From Macrostomum lignano (taxonomy: Eukaryota), in assembly GCA_002269645.1 (NCBI GenBank), contig NIVC01000748.1, positions 1-64,000 of the forward strand: 64,000 bases of DNA, written 5' to 3'. The position numbers were made by a program, and so were the translations under genes. The notes under the pieces were generated by a model. The model saw only the letters and a program-made list of their open reading frames with translations, searched no databases and was not told where the DNA came from. Shown piece by piece: positions 25,411 through 37,311 of this stretch; the stretch's first letter is position 1; every line of letters starts with the position of its first letter.

Positions 25411-26089
25411 AAGTAGAAAACAGAGAACAGATACGAAGTTATCCACATTCAGGGACGAAATTCACGAATACCTCAAGGTGATGCGGATGTGAATACCGTG
25501 AGCGGAGGTTGATTTCTCCACCGGAGATTACCCGTGTCAAATGGGTCACTCGAATGACGATTTACTCTTATGCTCTTATGTCATGTACGTCCTCTAGTTT
25601 TAAAAAAGGCAAAACCTTCATCTCAGTCGAGTTTCCATAACAGCCCAGTGCACAATGTTGAATTAATGAACGATACGTCAAAATAGTAAGACTTTTTGGA
25701 ATTGCTAAATAGAAAGAAAAAGCAAACCAGCTGTCACTAGAAGTGAAGAAGCAGACTTCATTTCAATTTATTATGAAAAATATTTTGATTTTATTTGATT
25801 CATTTTGATTTTAGCTCGTAATGGTACTTTAGGTAAATAACAAGGCGCTGCTGAAAACGCTCAAATCCCTTAGTGCTAAAGAAACTCATTACTTTATATT
25901 ACGATAATTAATTGAAAATTTCTCTAAAAGCAAATCGATAGAGATTAAAATTAATAATAAAAATGAGCCAACCTAGACGAGGTCACCTGGAACGTCACGA
26001 ATAAGTCGGTTGTCTACAAACTGCGCAACAAAGTTAAATGGAAAGGTAAAAATTAGCCTGCTTAAATATTGTAAATTTAGCTGGGGATG

Positions 26090-26816
26090 TTAGTCGAAGG
26101 GAGACCAGCATTCGCACAGGACGGCTCGTGGGGTAGCAGAGACCTCTCTGAAGTCGGACAGCTTGTCGTGACCGTTCCACCTTCCGATAGCATTCTCCGG
26201 ATCCTCGGGCTCTCCGCTGCCCCACAGGCTGGCGTCAACGGAGATGTTGCAGCCGACCCAGTACCAGCCGCCTGCTGGCTCCGGGCTGCCAGCCGGCTGG
26301 AGGCCGCCCAGCCAGAACGAGGTGCCGCCCGCCCGGCTGTCGTAGATCGAGTCCACGTGGCTCATCTCGGAGGCGTCACCACGTCGGCCATGATCACCAG
26401 AGCTCTCCAACTCGCACAGGCGTCTGCTCGGCCACCGCAGAAATCGGCGTTAAAGTGCAGCTTGGTACTTCACTCCGCACAGGTCGTCTCCGTAGCCAGA
26501 CGGACACAGCGCGCCCGCTCGAGTCCCGGCTGCTGCTTCAAAACACCTGGCCTCTCCTGGAGCAGCCGCAGTCCCTCACCGACTTGCTGCACTTGTCGAA
26601 CACGAACAGCTGGCACGGACCGTCAGCCAGGCTGAACGCTTGGCAGCGCCGGTTGCGGCTGCACAGAGCGGCACAGCCGATCTCAGAGTGCGAGCCAGGT
26701 GGAGTTTCAATGAAGTCGCTCCTGATGCACAGGTAGCCTTTGATTTGTCTGTAGCTTTGTAGCACTGCACCTGGAAGTCCAAACGCCAAAAGGATGATCA
26801 CCAGCTTTGCTGACAT
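26090..26816 (-). CDS. PAN/apple + C-type lectin gene copy 3 (several 1-2 bp indels; possibly assembly errors near the gap)
   Basis: ATG 26816 with signal peptide MSAKLVIILLAFGLPGAVL. Core and CTLD are near-identical to copy 2 apart from about six small indels between 26380 and 26545. Lies ~300 bp from the N gap. Confidence 0.8.
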
Positions 26817-27128
26817 TTGATTTTTCGTAGCGCGGATATGATCGGTGAGTTAAAAGTCGGTAAAAATTAGTTGAAGCACGAGACGGACGGGTGGTTACTA
26901 AATGGAATGTTTTGTTTTATCCAACGCTCACCGAATTTTAATGCTATGAAAGAAAATCTACCAGAGAACCTCCATGCTTGTTCATATCAAAAAACTTTTC
27001 TGTTGCGAGGTTCGGGGAGTGTGGATTGCAATGGATACCAGCGTGGGCCGGATTGGCTGGGCCACGGAGTTCTAAACAGAGCACCTGAATTGTACAATGA
27101 AGTACAAGAATCAATCACTTAATTAAGT

Positions 27129-27213
27129 NNNNNNNNNNNNNNNNNNNNNNNNNNNNNNNNNNNNNNNNNNNNNNNNNNNNNNNNNNNNNNNNNNNNNNNN
27201 NNNNNNNNNNNNN
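27129..27213. other. Assembly gap (85 N)
   Basis: Run of N. Confidence 1.
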
Positions 27214-28589
27214 ACGAGTGAACGTGAAGGAATTCCATTGTCGGATGATTCATCGTGCAGGAATGCACAAAACCGTGCAGGAATGCATTTCTGCGCCTAA
27301 TGCTTTTTCAGTGAGATTTTACCATAGACATCCATTCCTGCACGCAAAAGAGTGCAAGAATGCCATTCTTGCATGGAAAATCAGCCGACAATGAGTATAT
27401 ATAGTAAAATGCATAGAAATCTTCTTTTTAATGCTGTGCTTTTAATTTTTCGAATCTCAGCAAACAAATTATATTCCCGAACTCAGCGTTTCTAGCTCTT
27501 TCCAGCAATACAAGGCTCTCTTCTGAAAGTGAAAAACTCGAAGCAAAAATAACAATTGAACATTCCTGCTTTAAAGCATTCAAATTCATAAAGGTGTACA
27601 TTCAGCGCCAGTTACAGTGAGAGGCCTGCAAGTTGATCCATTAAAATTAACAACCAAGCCAATGCCCAGGACTAATTGAATAGCGACACCCGCCCTTCAA
27701 TTTCAGTATCTAAAATGTGTTGCGCAACCTTTCAACGCTTGTAGCTCTCCACGCGAGTGTAGAGAACCAATGCTATAGTTGGCACTGAGTTATGATGCAA
27801 TGCAATTCCATCGGCAGTCAGACTGCTTCTCAATCGGAAAGAACTGTTTGAACTTTAAAAAACGGGGTAAAAAATCGAGTTTTTCGAATATTTAAGCCCG
27901 AAAAATAAAGCAATTTCTTAGCAAAATTTTGTGTACCAGCGCACCATCAATACGCATCGAATGCAGAAAACCCCACGAAATTCCGACCATGTAGAGTGAA
28001 GTTAAGCGAAGGTTCCTATAGGTACATAGTTTTGATTTTTAGTATATTGGAGGATTTGTTCCACTAGCAATTCGACACTAACTATTTTCAACGCGAGAAG
28101 CGGATTTTTTCCAGCTGAAACTTTTCCCACACGACCCCAATGTTCGGACGATTTGCCAGCTGGATTAAAGCACAGGTTTAAATCTTTGTCTCATTCAATT
28201 GTCTGCCAATATCATTCAGACAGGAAATCGCTATTAAAATTCATAGATGAGTGACGTAAACTCCTGATCGACTCAACAAGAGAGACGTTCTCCTCATCCA
28301 GCCCAAAACAATCATAACCAACGGCATTCTTCGGTAATAATAAAAAAGAAGTTTGTAGCAGTATTAATTTTCCTTTTAATCAATTTATCGACGGATGCGT
28401 GAATTTATAGAAGCGCATATTACGAGTATTTATTAAGTCTAATTGTCAAGAATTTTATTGTTTTCCTTGAGAATTACCAAGCACTGTTGCATTCGTTACT
28501 CACAAAATGCATTCAATTTAGTACGGGTACTTAAACAGCATAGCAACCGGAGAATATCGAGCTCTAACATAGAATGCCAACTGGCTTTT

Positions 28590-28900
28590 TGACCATAGAC
28601 AATGAGTTAGACCTTTGAGTTTTGACCATAGACAATGGGTTGGACTTCTGACCATAGACGATGGTAAGCCATTGGTAAGTTAGGCTTTTGACCATAGACA
28701 ATGAGTTAAGCATTTGACCATAGACGAGTTCGGCCTTTGACCATAGACAATGAATTAGACCTTTGACCATAGACAATGAGTTAAGCTTTTGACCATAGAC
28801 AAGTTAGGCCTTTGACCATAGACAGTGGGTTAGACTTTTGACCATAGACAATGAGTTAAGCTTTTAAACATAGACAAGTTAGGCCTTTGACCATAGACAA
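28590..28900. repeat. Degenerate ~25-30-bp minisatellite (TTTGACCATAGACAATGAGTT...)
   Basis: Recurrent TTTGACCATAGAC core. Confidence 0.9.
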
Positions 28901-29133
28901 AACTGACTCATTAGTAGCTCATTGGTAAGGCATTATTCTCCCTGGGATGAAAGAATACATGACCATAGACACGTCCTAGATAAATTAGCATTTCATTAGC
29001 TAAATTTTACCCGCGTATTCTTTCATCAACGAGCTATAGCTGCCGTCAATGGGCTTCCTGAGTAAGTCAAGATTGGCATTCTACAAGCATATATGTTGAC
29101 GCTCAATATTCTTGGATAGCAACAAGCAATATT

Positions 29134-32100
29134 TTAAGAACAAGCGCCAACAGTTCCAGACCCAACCAGCTCCATCAGTTGAGTCCGAGTAGCAGCGTCC
29201 AACGATTCGAATAGTCGCTTAGTCGCCTCGTTGCCTAGCGACGAATTCAAAGCTAGCAGCTCCCTGCGCAGATGCTCCTGCACTGAAAGTCGCTGGACAC
29301 AATCGGCCGCGTTAGCCAGCATTTTCGAACCTCGTGACTAGATTTGTCTTCTTCTTGCTGTTGCTGTTGTTGCTGCTGTTGTTGCTGCTGCTGCTGTAGA
29401 CCATCCGAAGCGTTATCAGCAGTGCCGGAGCAGTGAACCAACACGCCGACAACTGCTTCAATTATGTCGGCAAACACAGCGCCAGCTGAGTCAGTCTGAT
29501 TATTATTAACAAGAGCTGCAAAGCCGAAAGCCAGCAGCCCTAATCCGAGCAGTTTCAAATCCCGCAGTTTAGCCGAACGTTTACAAGCTGCAATCCAAGC
29601 GGCCAGGAGAGCCGATGGCAACGCTTGGCTGGACTGCGACGGCAAAGCGGCCAGCAGCAGCAGCGGCTGACTGAGAGCCACCCGGCTCACCAGCTTCCAG
29701 AAGGCCACCCGATTGGCGGCCAGGCAAGAAGAAGCGGAGGCTACGTCCAGGCAAAAGCTGGATAGTAGGCCCGGCAGTAGGGGGACCAGCAGCTGGGCAG
29801 ATGGTTGAGGCGACACCTGCAGAGACAGATAGGCGATTCAATGGGACAGAGTAGCTCCCATCACGACCCCTGGTTCGATTCCGTGCATGCCTGAGATAAT
29901 TTATCGCTCAGGTGTCTATTTATCTTTCTAGATAAGACTCACCTTTAGCAAATCGTTGCACAGCAGCAGAGGCTGCAGGCGGCGCTCGAGCAGCAGCCCG
30001 GCACGGCTAGGCAAGCTTGGCAGGCTGCCAGCAGAGCGGCGCCGTGAGCGGCCAAGTAGCGATCGCAGTCAAGGTAGGCGCACACCTGCAGCAGTCTGCG
30101 CTCCGGAGCTTCCATGCAGGCGCGCTCGGCGATGCGAGAGTGCAGACAGGCCAGGCTCTGAGCGAAGCAGTCCTGGGTTGGCGGGGATGGCGATTATTGC
30201 TTAGAGGTGGACAGTAGTTTAAAAGAGGTGGTTGGTGCCGGTATGTATCGAAATCATTTAAGAGAAAGAAGAGAAAGTGGGACAATGAGGGCGAGGGGGA
30301 GAGGGTGAAAGGGTAGAGAGAGAGAGGAGTGTGAGAGGGGGAGGGGAGAAAGTAAGATGGGAGAGGGCAGATGGTGAGAGGAGAGACGATGATAGGAGGG
30401 AGGGCAGAGGGTGAGAGGGAAGAGATGAAGAGGGTGAGAGGGGAGAGTGAGAAAGGAGAGGGTGAGGGGGGAGAGAGCAGAGGATGAAAGAGAAGAGAGG
30501 AAGAGGGTGAGAGGGAAGAGGGTGAGAGGGAAGAGGGTGAGAGGGAAGAGGGTGAGAGGGAAGAGGGTGAGAGGGAAGAGGGTGAGAGGGAAGAGGGTGA
30601 GAGGGAAGAGGGTGAGAGGAGAGGGGATAGGGAATGGGGTGAGAGGGTGAGAGGTAAGAGGGTGAGAGGTAAGAGGGTGAGAGGGGAGAGGGTGAGTGGA
30701 GAGGGTGAGGTGAGAGGAGAGAAGATGAGAGGGTGACAAAGCCGCACCTGTTCAGGATAGGTGTGCAGATGGCAGAGCAGGTACAGCAGCAGGTGCAGGC
30801 CGCCCTCCCAGAACAGGTCAGGCCCGGTGAGGCAGGCGTGGGCCAGAGGCAGGGCCAGATGGCCCAGGCTGAGATCGCCCAGCTTGGCAAGCTCGCACAG
30901 CACGGACAGCACGGCTAGGCGCGCCTGGTCCCCTCCAGCCGAGTCCCACATGCCCGGCAGGTGCGGCACAAGAGCTGGCAGGCAGGGCCGCAGGTCCGCT
31001 ACTGAATATCTGGAAATGATTTTGCAAAACCATAAATTTGATAATTGTTCAACACATAACAGATCATCACATTCACATAGCATTTAATTGTTTGCATGGG
31101 GCTTTAGGGGAAATGGGCATATCACACAATGTACATTTCCCCATCTACCTCTGTCTCGCCGTCTACCTCTGCCAGTCTCACCTATCTACCTCTCCCAGTC
31201 TCACCTATCTACCTCTCCCAGTCTCACCCTATCTACCTCTCCCAGTCTCACCTATCTACTTCTCCCAGTCTCACCTATCTACCTCTCCCAGTCTCACCCT
31301 ATCTACCTCTCCCAGTCTCACCATATCTACCTCTTCCAGTGTCACCCTATCTACCTCTTCCAGTCTCACCCTATCTATCTCTCCCAGTCTAACCCTATCT
31401 ACCTCTCCCAGTCTCACCCTATCTACCTCTCCCAGTCTCACCTATCTACCTCTCCCACTGTCACCCTATCTACCTCTCCCAGTCTAACCCTATCTACCTC
31501 TCCCACTGTCACCCTATCTACCTCTCCCAGTCTCACCTATCTACCTCTCCCAGTCTCACCCTATCTACCTCTTCCAGTGTCACCCTATCTACCTCTCCCA
31601 GTCTCACCATATTTATCTCTCCCAGTCTCACCATATCTACCTCTCTCAGTCTCACCATATCTGCCTCTTCCAGTCTCACCATATTTACCTCTCCCAGTCT
31701 CACCATATCTGCCTCTCCCAGTCTCACCATATCTGCCTCTTCCAGTCTCACCATATTTACCTCTCCCAGTCTCACCATATCTGCCTCTTCCAGTCTCACC
31801 ATATCTACCTCTCCCAGTCTCACCATATTTACCTCTCCCAGTCTCACCCTATCTACCTCTCCCAGTGTCACCCTATCTACCTCTCCCAGTCTCACCCTAT
31901 CTACCTCTCCCAGTCTCACCCTATCTACCTCTCCCAGTCTCACCCTATCTACCTCTCCCAGTGTCACCCTATCTACCTCTTCCAGTCTCACCCTATCTAT
32001 CTCTCCCAGTCTAACCCTATCTACCTCTCCCACTGTCACCCTATCTACCTCTCCCAGTCTAACCCTATCTACCTCTCCCACTGTCACCCTATCTACCTCT

Positions 32101-35100
32101 CCCAGTCTAACCCTATCTACCTCTCCCACTGTCACCCTATCTACCTCTCCCAGTCTCACCTATCTACCTCTCCCAGTCTCACCCTATCTACCTCTCCCAG
32201 TGTCACCCTATCTACCTCTCCCAGTCTCACCCTATCTACCTCTCCCAGTCTCACCCTATCTACCTCTCCCAGTGTCACCCTATCTACCTCTCCCAGCTTC
32301 AACTTATCTACCTCTCCCAGTCTGTTTCTATCTACCACTCTCATTCCCTCCCTATCTACGAGTCGTACCTCTCTATCTCGCTCTCACCTGAGAAAGCTGG
32401 CCACCACAGTGAGCAGGTGCACCTGGGCCTGATCAGACCTGACCTGGGCCAGCAAACCAGCCAATCCGCTGAAGCAGTCGGCAGCGTGAGGCTGGAAAGC
32501 ATTAGCATCCAAATTCAAGCTGGTCAACAGAGAATGAGCCAGCCTGGCAGCTTGCAGTCTCAACAGCGGATGCCTGCTAGGCGACATCAGACTGGCCGCT
32601 GACTGACAAGCAGCGCCAAACAATTCCGTTGGCAAAGCGTCTGGCACATCGGCCCAAGCTGCTAGCAGCATTACAGCTCGGCGCTTCAATAATAGCGACC
32701 ATTGATGGTTAGATTCGTCGTCTACTTGCAGTAGCATAGGCAGTATATTGCATGCCTGGCATAGGTCAGGAAATCTGACGCATTTGGCCAGATCGTACGG
32801 ACAGGAGGCTAACAGGGTCAGGGTGGCTTCCAGTTCGCGCGGAGACGCGGTTGAGTTGGCTGCCGAGTTCAGCTGCGCCTCAACGATGCGTTGCACCGCA
32901 GCTAGAGCTCGTTGCGGCAGCTCTTGTAGCAGCGACTGGAGCAGGGCCTCGCCGGCGTGCCGGCCGGACAACAGGTGGGCCTGGGGGTGAGGGAGGCATG
33001 GACGGCTTTTGAAGCTATATAGACACCTGGATGGGAAAGCATCTTGTTGTAGTGACAAGCCTGATGTAAAGAACTTGATAGTTTGCAAGAAATACTCATA
33101 TTTAATCTCAACCCCTTAATTGATTGTAGTCATCAATTATAGTCATTAATTGGTTGGTAATCAGATGGTAAGAGCGTACGAGTATGACAGCTTTGGTTGG
33201 CAACCTTAGAGATGGCGCCTCTGGTGATGGCACCTCTGGTGATGGCACCTCTCGTGATGGCGCCTCTGGTGATGGCATCTCTGGTGATTGCATCTCTGGT
33301 GCTGGCACCTCTGGTGATGGCACCTCTGGTGATGGCATCTCTGGTGATTGCATCTCTGGTGCTGGCACCTCTGGTGATGGCGCCTCTGGTGATGGCGTCT
33401 CTGGTAATGGCGTCTCTAGTGCTGGCACCTCTGGTGATGGCATCTCTGGTGATTGCATCTCTGGTGATGGCACTTCAGGTAATGGTGCTTCTGGAGATGG
33501 CGCCTCTCGTGATGGAGCCTCTGGTGATGGCACCTTCGGTGATGGCACCTCTGGTGATGGCATCTCTGGTGATTGCATCTCTGGTGCTGGCACCTCTGGT
33601 GATGGCGCCTCTGGTGATGGCGTCTCTGGTAATGGCGTCTCTAGTGCTGGCACCTCTGGTGATGGCATCTCTGGTGATTGCATCTCTGGTGATGGCACTT
33701 CAGGTAATGGTGCTTCTGGAGATGGCGCCTCTCGTGATGGAGCCTCTGGTGATGGCACCTTCGGTGATGGCACCTCTGGTGATGGCATCTCTGGTGATTG
33801 CATCTCTGGTGCTGGCACCTCTGGTGATGGCGCCTCTGGTGATGGCGTCTCTGGTAATGGCGTCTCTAGTGCTGGCACCTCTGGTGATGGCATCTCTGGT
33901 GATTGCATCTCTGGTGATGGCACTTCAGGTAATGGTGCTTCTGGAGATGGCGCCTCTCGTGATGGAGCCTCTGGTGATGGCACCTTCGGTGATGGCGCCT
34001 CTGATGATGGCACCTCTGGTAATGGCGTCTCTGATAACGCCCTAGAAATCAACCCCCACCTCATTCCAATGAAAGCTGCTGGCTACACTGATGCCGCCAA
34101 GATTTGCTCACTTTTTCCGGAGTCTGAGCGAATACAGCCTCATCAGGTTGAGTCAGAGCTTCGTCTAACTCATCGCTAGTTGAAGCGAGATGACGGCGGA
34201 GCAAGCCGAACACGAGGGCGTCGAGTGCGGCATCCGTTAGCAGCTCGTTGAGAGTCTGACTTGCTTGATGCAGTTGATCGCCAGCGTCTATTGGGGAGGA
34301 GGGGAGGAGCGAGAGTGCCTTAGGATTCACAGAATTCTGAGCACAACACGCAGACATGCACCCTGACTTTCTAATGGTCAGACATGTACACTCACTCAGC
34401 CTTGGGGAGTTGACCATCATCATCGAGCGACGTTAGAGTCGCGTTAAAAAACTAGACAACTCACCTGGGGCAGGGGAACCATAGGACTGCACGCACTGCG
34501 ATATGAGATTGAGGCATTGTACATTGATACGCCTGTCCCTGTACTCGGCGCTACTATCATTGTTTGGCCAATTTGCATCGCTACCAAACGAAATGCCAAC
34601 GGCCAGTTTCACTGCCGGCTCCATCAGCTGGGCGAAGGCTTGCGGCGCGTGAGTTTGACAGCGCAACAATAGGCGGCCCAGAGAAGTCACTAATGGTTCC
34701 AAAGGAGCATCAGGACTGTTCAAGGCCAGGGTTGGCAGGCATTCGATGACGCAGCCTAACAGACTGACTGGCGAGTTGTCGCCAGACGGTGTACTTAGAG
34801 AGGCTAAGCCGTGGCTAATCAGGTTGGTGCAGCACTTGGTGTACAGTACGGTGCACCAGATGTCGCAGGATGGGGCCGCTCCGGTGCTGCAGCTGAGGAT
34901 TTAGGTGACGGTTGGTACAGGTGACGGTTGGTACAGGTGACGGTTGGTACAGGTGACGGTTGGTACAGGTGACGGTTGGTACAGGTGACGGTTGGTACAG
35001 GTGACGGTTGGTACAGGTGAGGGGCGGTACAGGTGACGGTTGGAACAGATGAGGGGCGGTACAGGTGACGGTTGGAACAGATGAGGGGCGGTACAGGTGA

Positions 35101-36044
35101 CGGTTGGTACAGGTGAGTGGCGGTACAGGTGACGGTTGGTACAGGTGACGGTTGGAACAGATGAGGGGCGGTACAGGTGACGGTTGGTACAGATGAGTGG
35201 CGGTACAGGTGACGGTTGGTACAGGTGAGGGGCGGTACAGGTGACGGTTGGTACAGGTGAGTGGCGGTACAGGTGACGGTTGGTACAGGTGAGGGGCGGT
35301 ACAGGTGACGGTTGGTACAGGTGAGGGGCGGTACAGGTGACGGTTGGTACAGGTGAGGGGCGGTACAGGTGACGGTTGGTACAGGTGAGGGGCGGTACAA
35401 TTGACGGTTGGAATAGATGAGTGGCGGTACATATGACGGTTGGAAAAGTGAGGGGCGGTACAGGCGTTCATAGCTGGTATTTACCTAGCCGCTAGCGATT
35501 GCAATCTGGGCACCAATCGGCCAATCAGAAACGGAACCAGATCGCAACTAACCGAACGAAACTGCTGCCTATGCTTTGGCAAAGTTTTCGACATCAACGC
35601 TTTAACAATGTGATGAAGCAATAATAGGCTACGCGATTGCCATTGCTCATTGCCAGCTGTGCTAGGATCGGTCAAGCAGGCGCTCAAACTAGTCATTAGG
35701 TCGGGCCAACGCTCCGGCCAATCAAATCTGGCCACCAAGCCGGCCGTCATGGCCAGTTGAGTGGCCGCCGGCAACTGCTGACTGTGCAGTCGCAGAGCAG
35801 CCTCGCGGATGAGACTTTTATCCTCCGGCGTCACTTTGAATCGCCACCGGAGCCGGACTAGATTTTTAATACAAATCGACGCTAATAGGCGAACTTCGTT
35901 GCTAGGATGCTCGGCGATTATTGGCAATAGTTCGGCTACGAAGTTTGGCGATGACTGCATCGACTCGAGTTCCTCTAGGCGGGGCACGTGACCTTGGTTA
36001 ACGACGCTGCTGCACCAGGCGGCAAGACTGCCGGAGTTTAGCAT
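29134..36044 (-). CDS. IPO11: Importin-11 (karyopherin-beta), 7 exons, ~977 aa after correcting two 1-bp deletions
   Basis: Exons 35485-36044, 34465-34892, 34112-34287, 32388-32980, 30748-31009, 29943-30172 and 29134-29816, all GT-AG with matching phases. IBN_N region ARFDWPERWPDL / LLLLHHIVKALMSKTL parallels IPO11 ARLDCPRQWPEL / LLTFYHVTKTLASKRL. C-terminal LKLLGLGLL and RKML. Frameshifts near 30000 and 29323. Confidence 0.88.
30270..30735. repeat. GA-rich tract with 15-bp unit GAGAGGGAAGAGGGT (IPO11 intron 5)
   Basis: Tandem periodicity. Confidence 0.93.
31140..32335. repeat. 24-bp minisatellite CCCAGTCTCACCCTATCTACCTCT (IPO11 intron 4)
   Basis: Tandem periodicity. Confidence 0.97.
33210..34035. 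repeat. 15-bp minisatellite CTCTGGTGATGGCAC with 225-bp higher-order repeat (IPO11 intron 3)
   Basis: Diagnostic variant CACTTCAGGT ends at 33480, 33705 and 33930. Confidence 0.97.
34905..35465. repeat. 16-bp minisatellite GTACAGGTGACGGTTG / GTACAGGTGAGGGGCG (IPO11 intron 1)
   Basis: Alternating variants. Confidence 0.97.
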
Positions 36045-36249
36045 GCCGGCTTCAGAGCTCTATTTATTATCTAGCAGTTGCCGTTTTGCAATTTCAAGTT
36101 ACGGTAACAGCTGAAAATTTATTAGCTTTAATGTTATAACTATTTAATGCAGCTGAGAGACTGAGAGGCCCTATAGGGATCAGAAGGACTTAAGAACTGG
36201 GATATTCTAAAGAAAATAAGGACCTATGGGATTTATGGATAGACCATAG

Positions 36250-36985
36250 AATGGGGAATTAAGAAACTGGGATATCCCTCACAGTGGGGAATTAAGAAAC
36301 TGGGATATCCCTTACAGTGGGGAATTAAGAAACTGGGATATCCCTCACAGTAGGGAATTAAGAAACTGGGATATCCCTCACAGTAGGGAATTAAGAAACT
36401 AGGATATCCCTCACAGTGGGGAATTAAGAAACTGGGATATCCCTTACAGTGGGGAATTAAGAAACTGGGATATCCCTCACAGTAGGGAATTAAGAAACTG
36501 GGATATCCCTCACAGTGGGGAATGAAGAAACTAGGATATCCCTCACAGTGGGGAATGAAGAAACTGGGATATCCCTCACAGTGGGGAATGAAGAAACTGG
36601 GATATCCCTCACAGTGGGGAATGAAGAAACTGGGTTATCCCTTACAGTGGGGAATTAAGAAACTGGGATATCCCTCACAGTGGGGAATTAAGAAACTGGG
36701 ATATCCCTCACAGTGGGGAATTAAGAAACTGGGATATCCCTCACAGTGGGGAATTAAGAAACTGGGATATCCCTCACAGTGGGGAATTAAGAAACTGGGT
36801 TATCCCTTACAGTGGGGAATTAAGAAACTGGGATATCCCTTACAGTGGGGAATTAAGAAACTGGGTTATCCCTCACAGTGGGGAATTAAGAAACTGGGTT
36901 ATCCCTTACAGTGGGGAATCAAGAAACTGGGATATCCCTTACAGTGGGGAATCAAGAAACTTGGATATCCCTCAAAATGGGGTAA
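36250..36985. repeat. 33-bp minisatellite x~22 between IFT43 and IPO11
   Basis: GGGAATTAAGAAACTGGGATATCCCTCACAGTG. Confidence 0.97.
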
Positions 36986-37311
36986 TTAAGAAAGTGGGAT
37001 ATTTCATGGAAACATAAATTTTTGATAAAATGAATACAAAGGGAATGAAAGACAATAAAAAGCAATGTTTACAAGTATAATTTGCTCACAAACTAAAAAT
37101 TAAAGCAGAGAAATAATTTCAAGGACAGTATTTATTTATATAATTAAAGCAACTTATTTCCAAAAAAGAGAAATTGCAAGCACAGCCTTAAGTTTCAGTT
37201 TGTAAACAGTGTTAACATTTTTGGACGGAATTGAAGCTTATATCTGGTCGTTTAGTCATCAAGTCATTAAAGCGATGAAGCCACGTGTCTGCGCCCGACA
37301 TCTTGAGGCTG

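Noticed and set aside
27215-28100. DNA-transposon end (direct and inverted TGCAGGAATG motifs)
   Set aside because: Truncated by the N gap; no TIR pair or TSD can be verified.
29840-29900. tRNA gene (GGTTCGATTCC B-box) in IPO11 intron 6
   Set aside because: No complete cloverleaf or acceptor stem visible; at most a SINE fragment.
31088-34179. Repetitive ORFs (VSPYLPLP, PSPE, GDG-rich) as mucin, antifreeze or collagen-like proteins
   Set aside because: They lie wholly within IPO11 introns defined by in-phase GT-AG junctions and are open in multiple frames.
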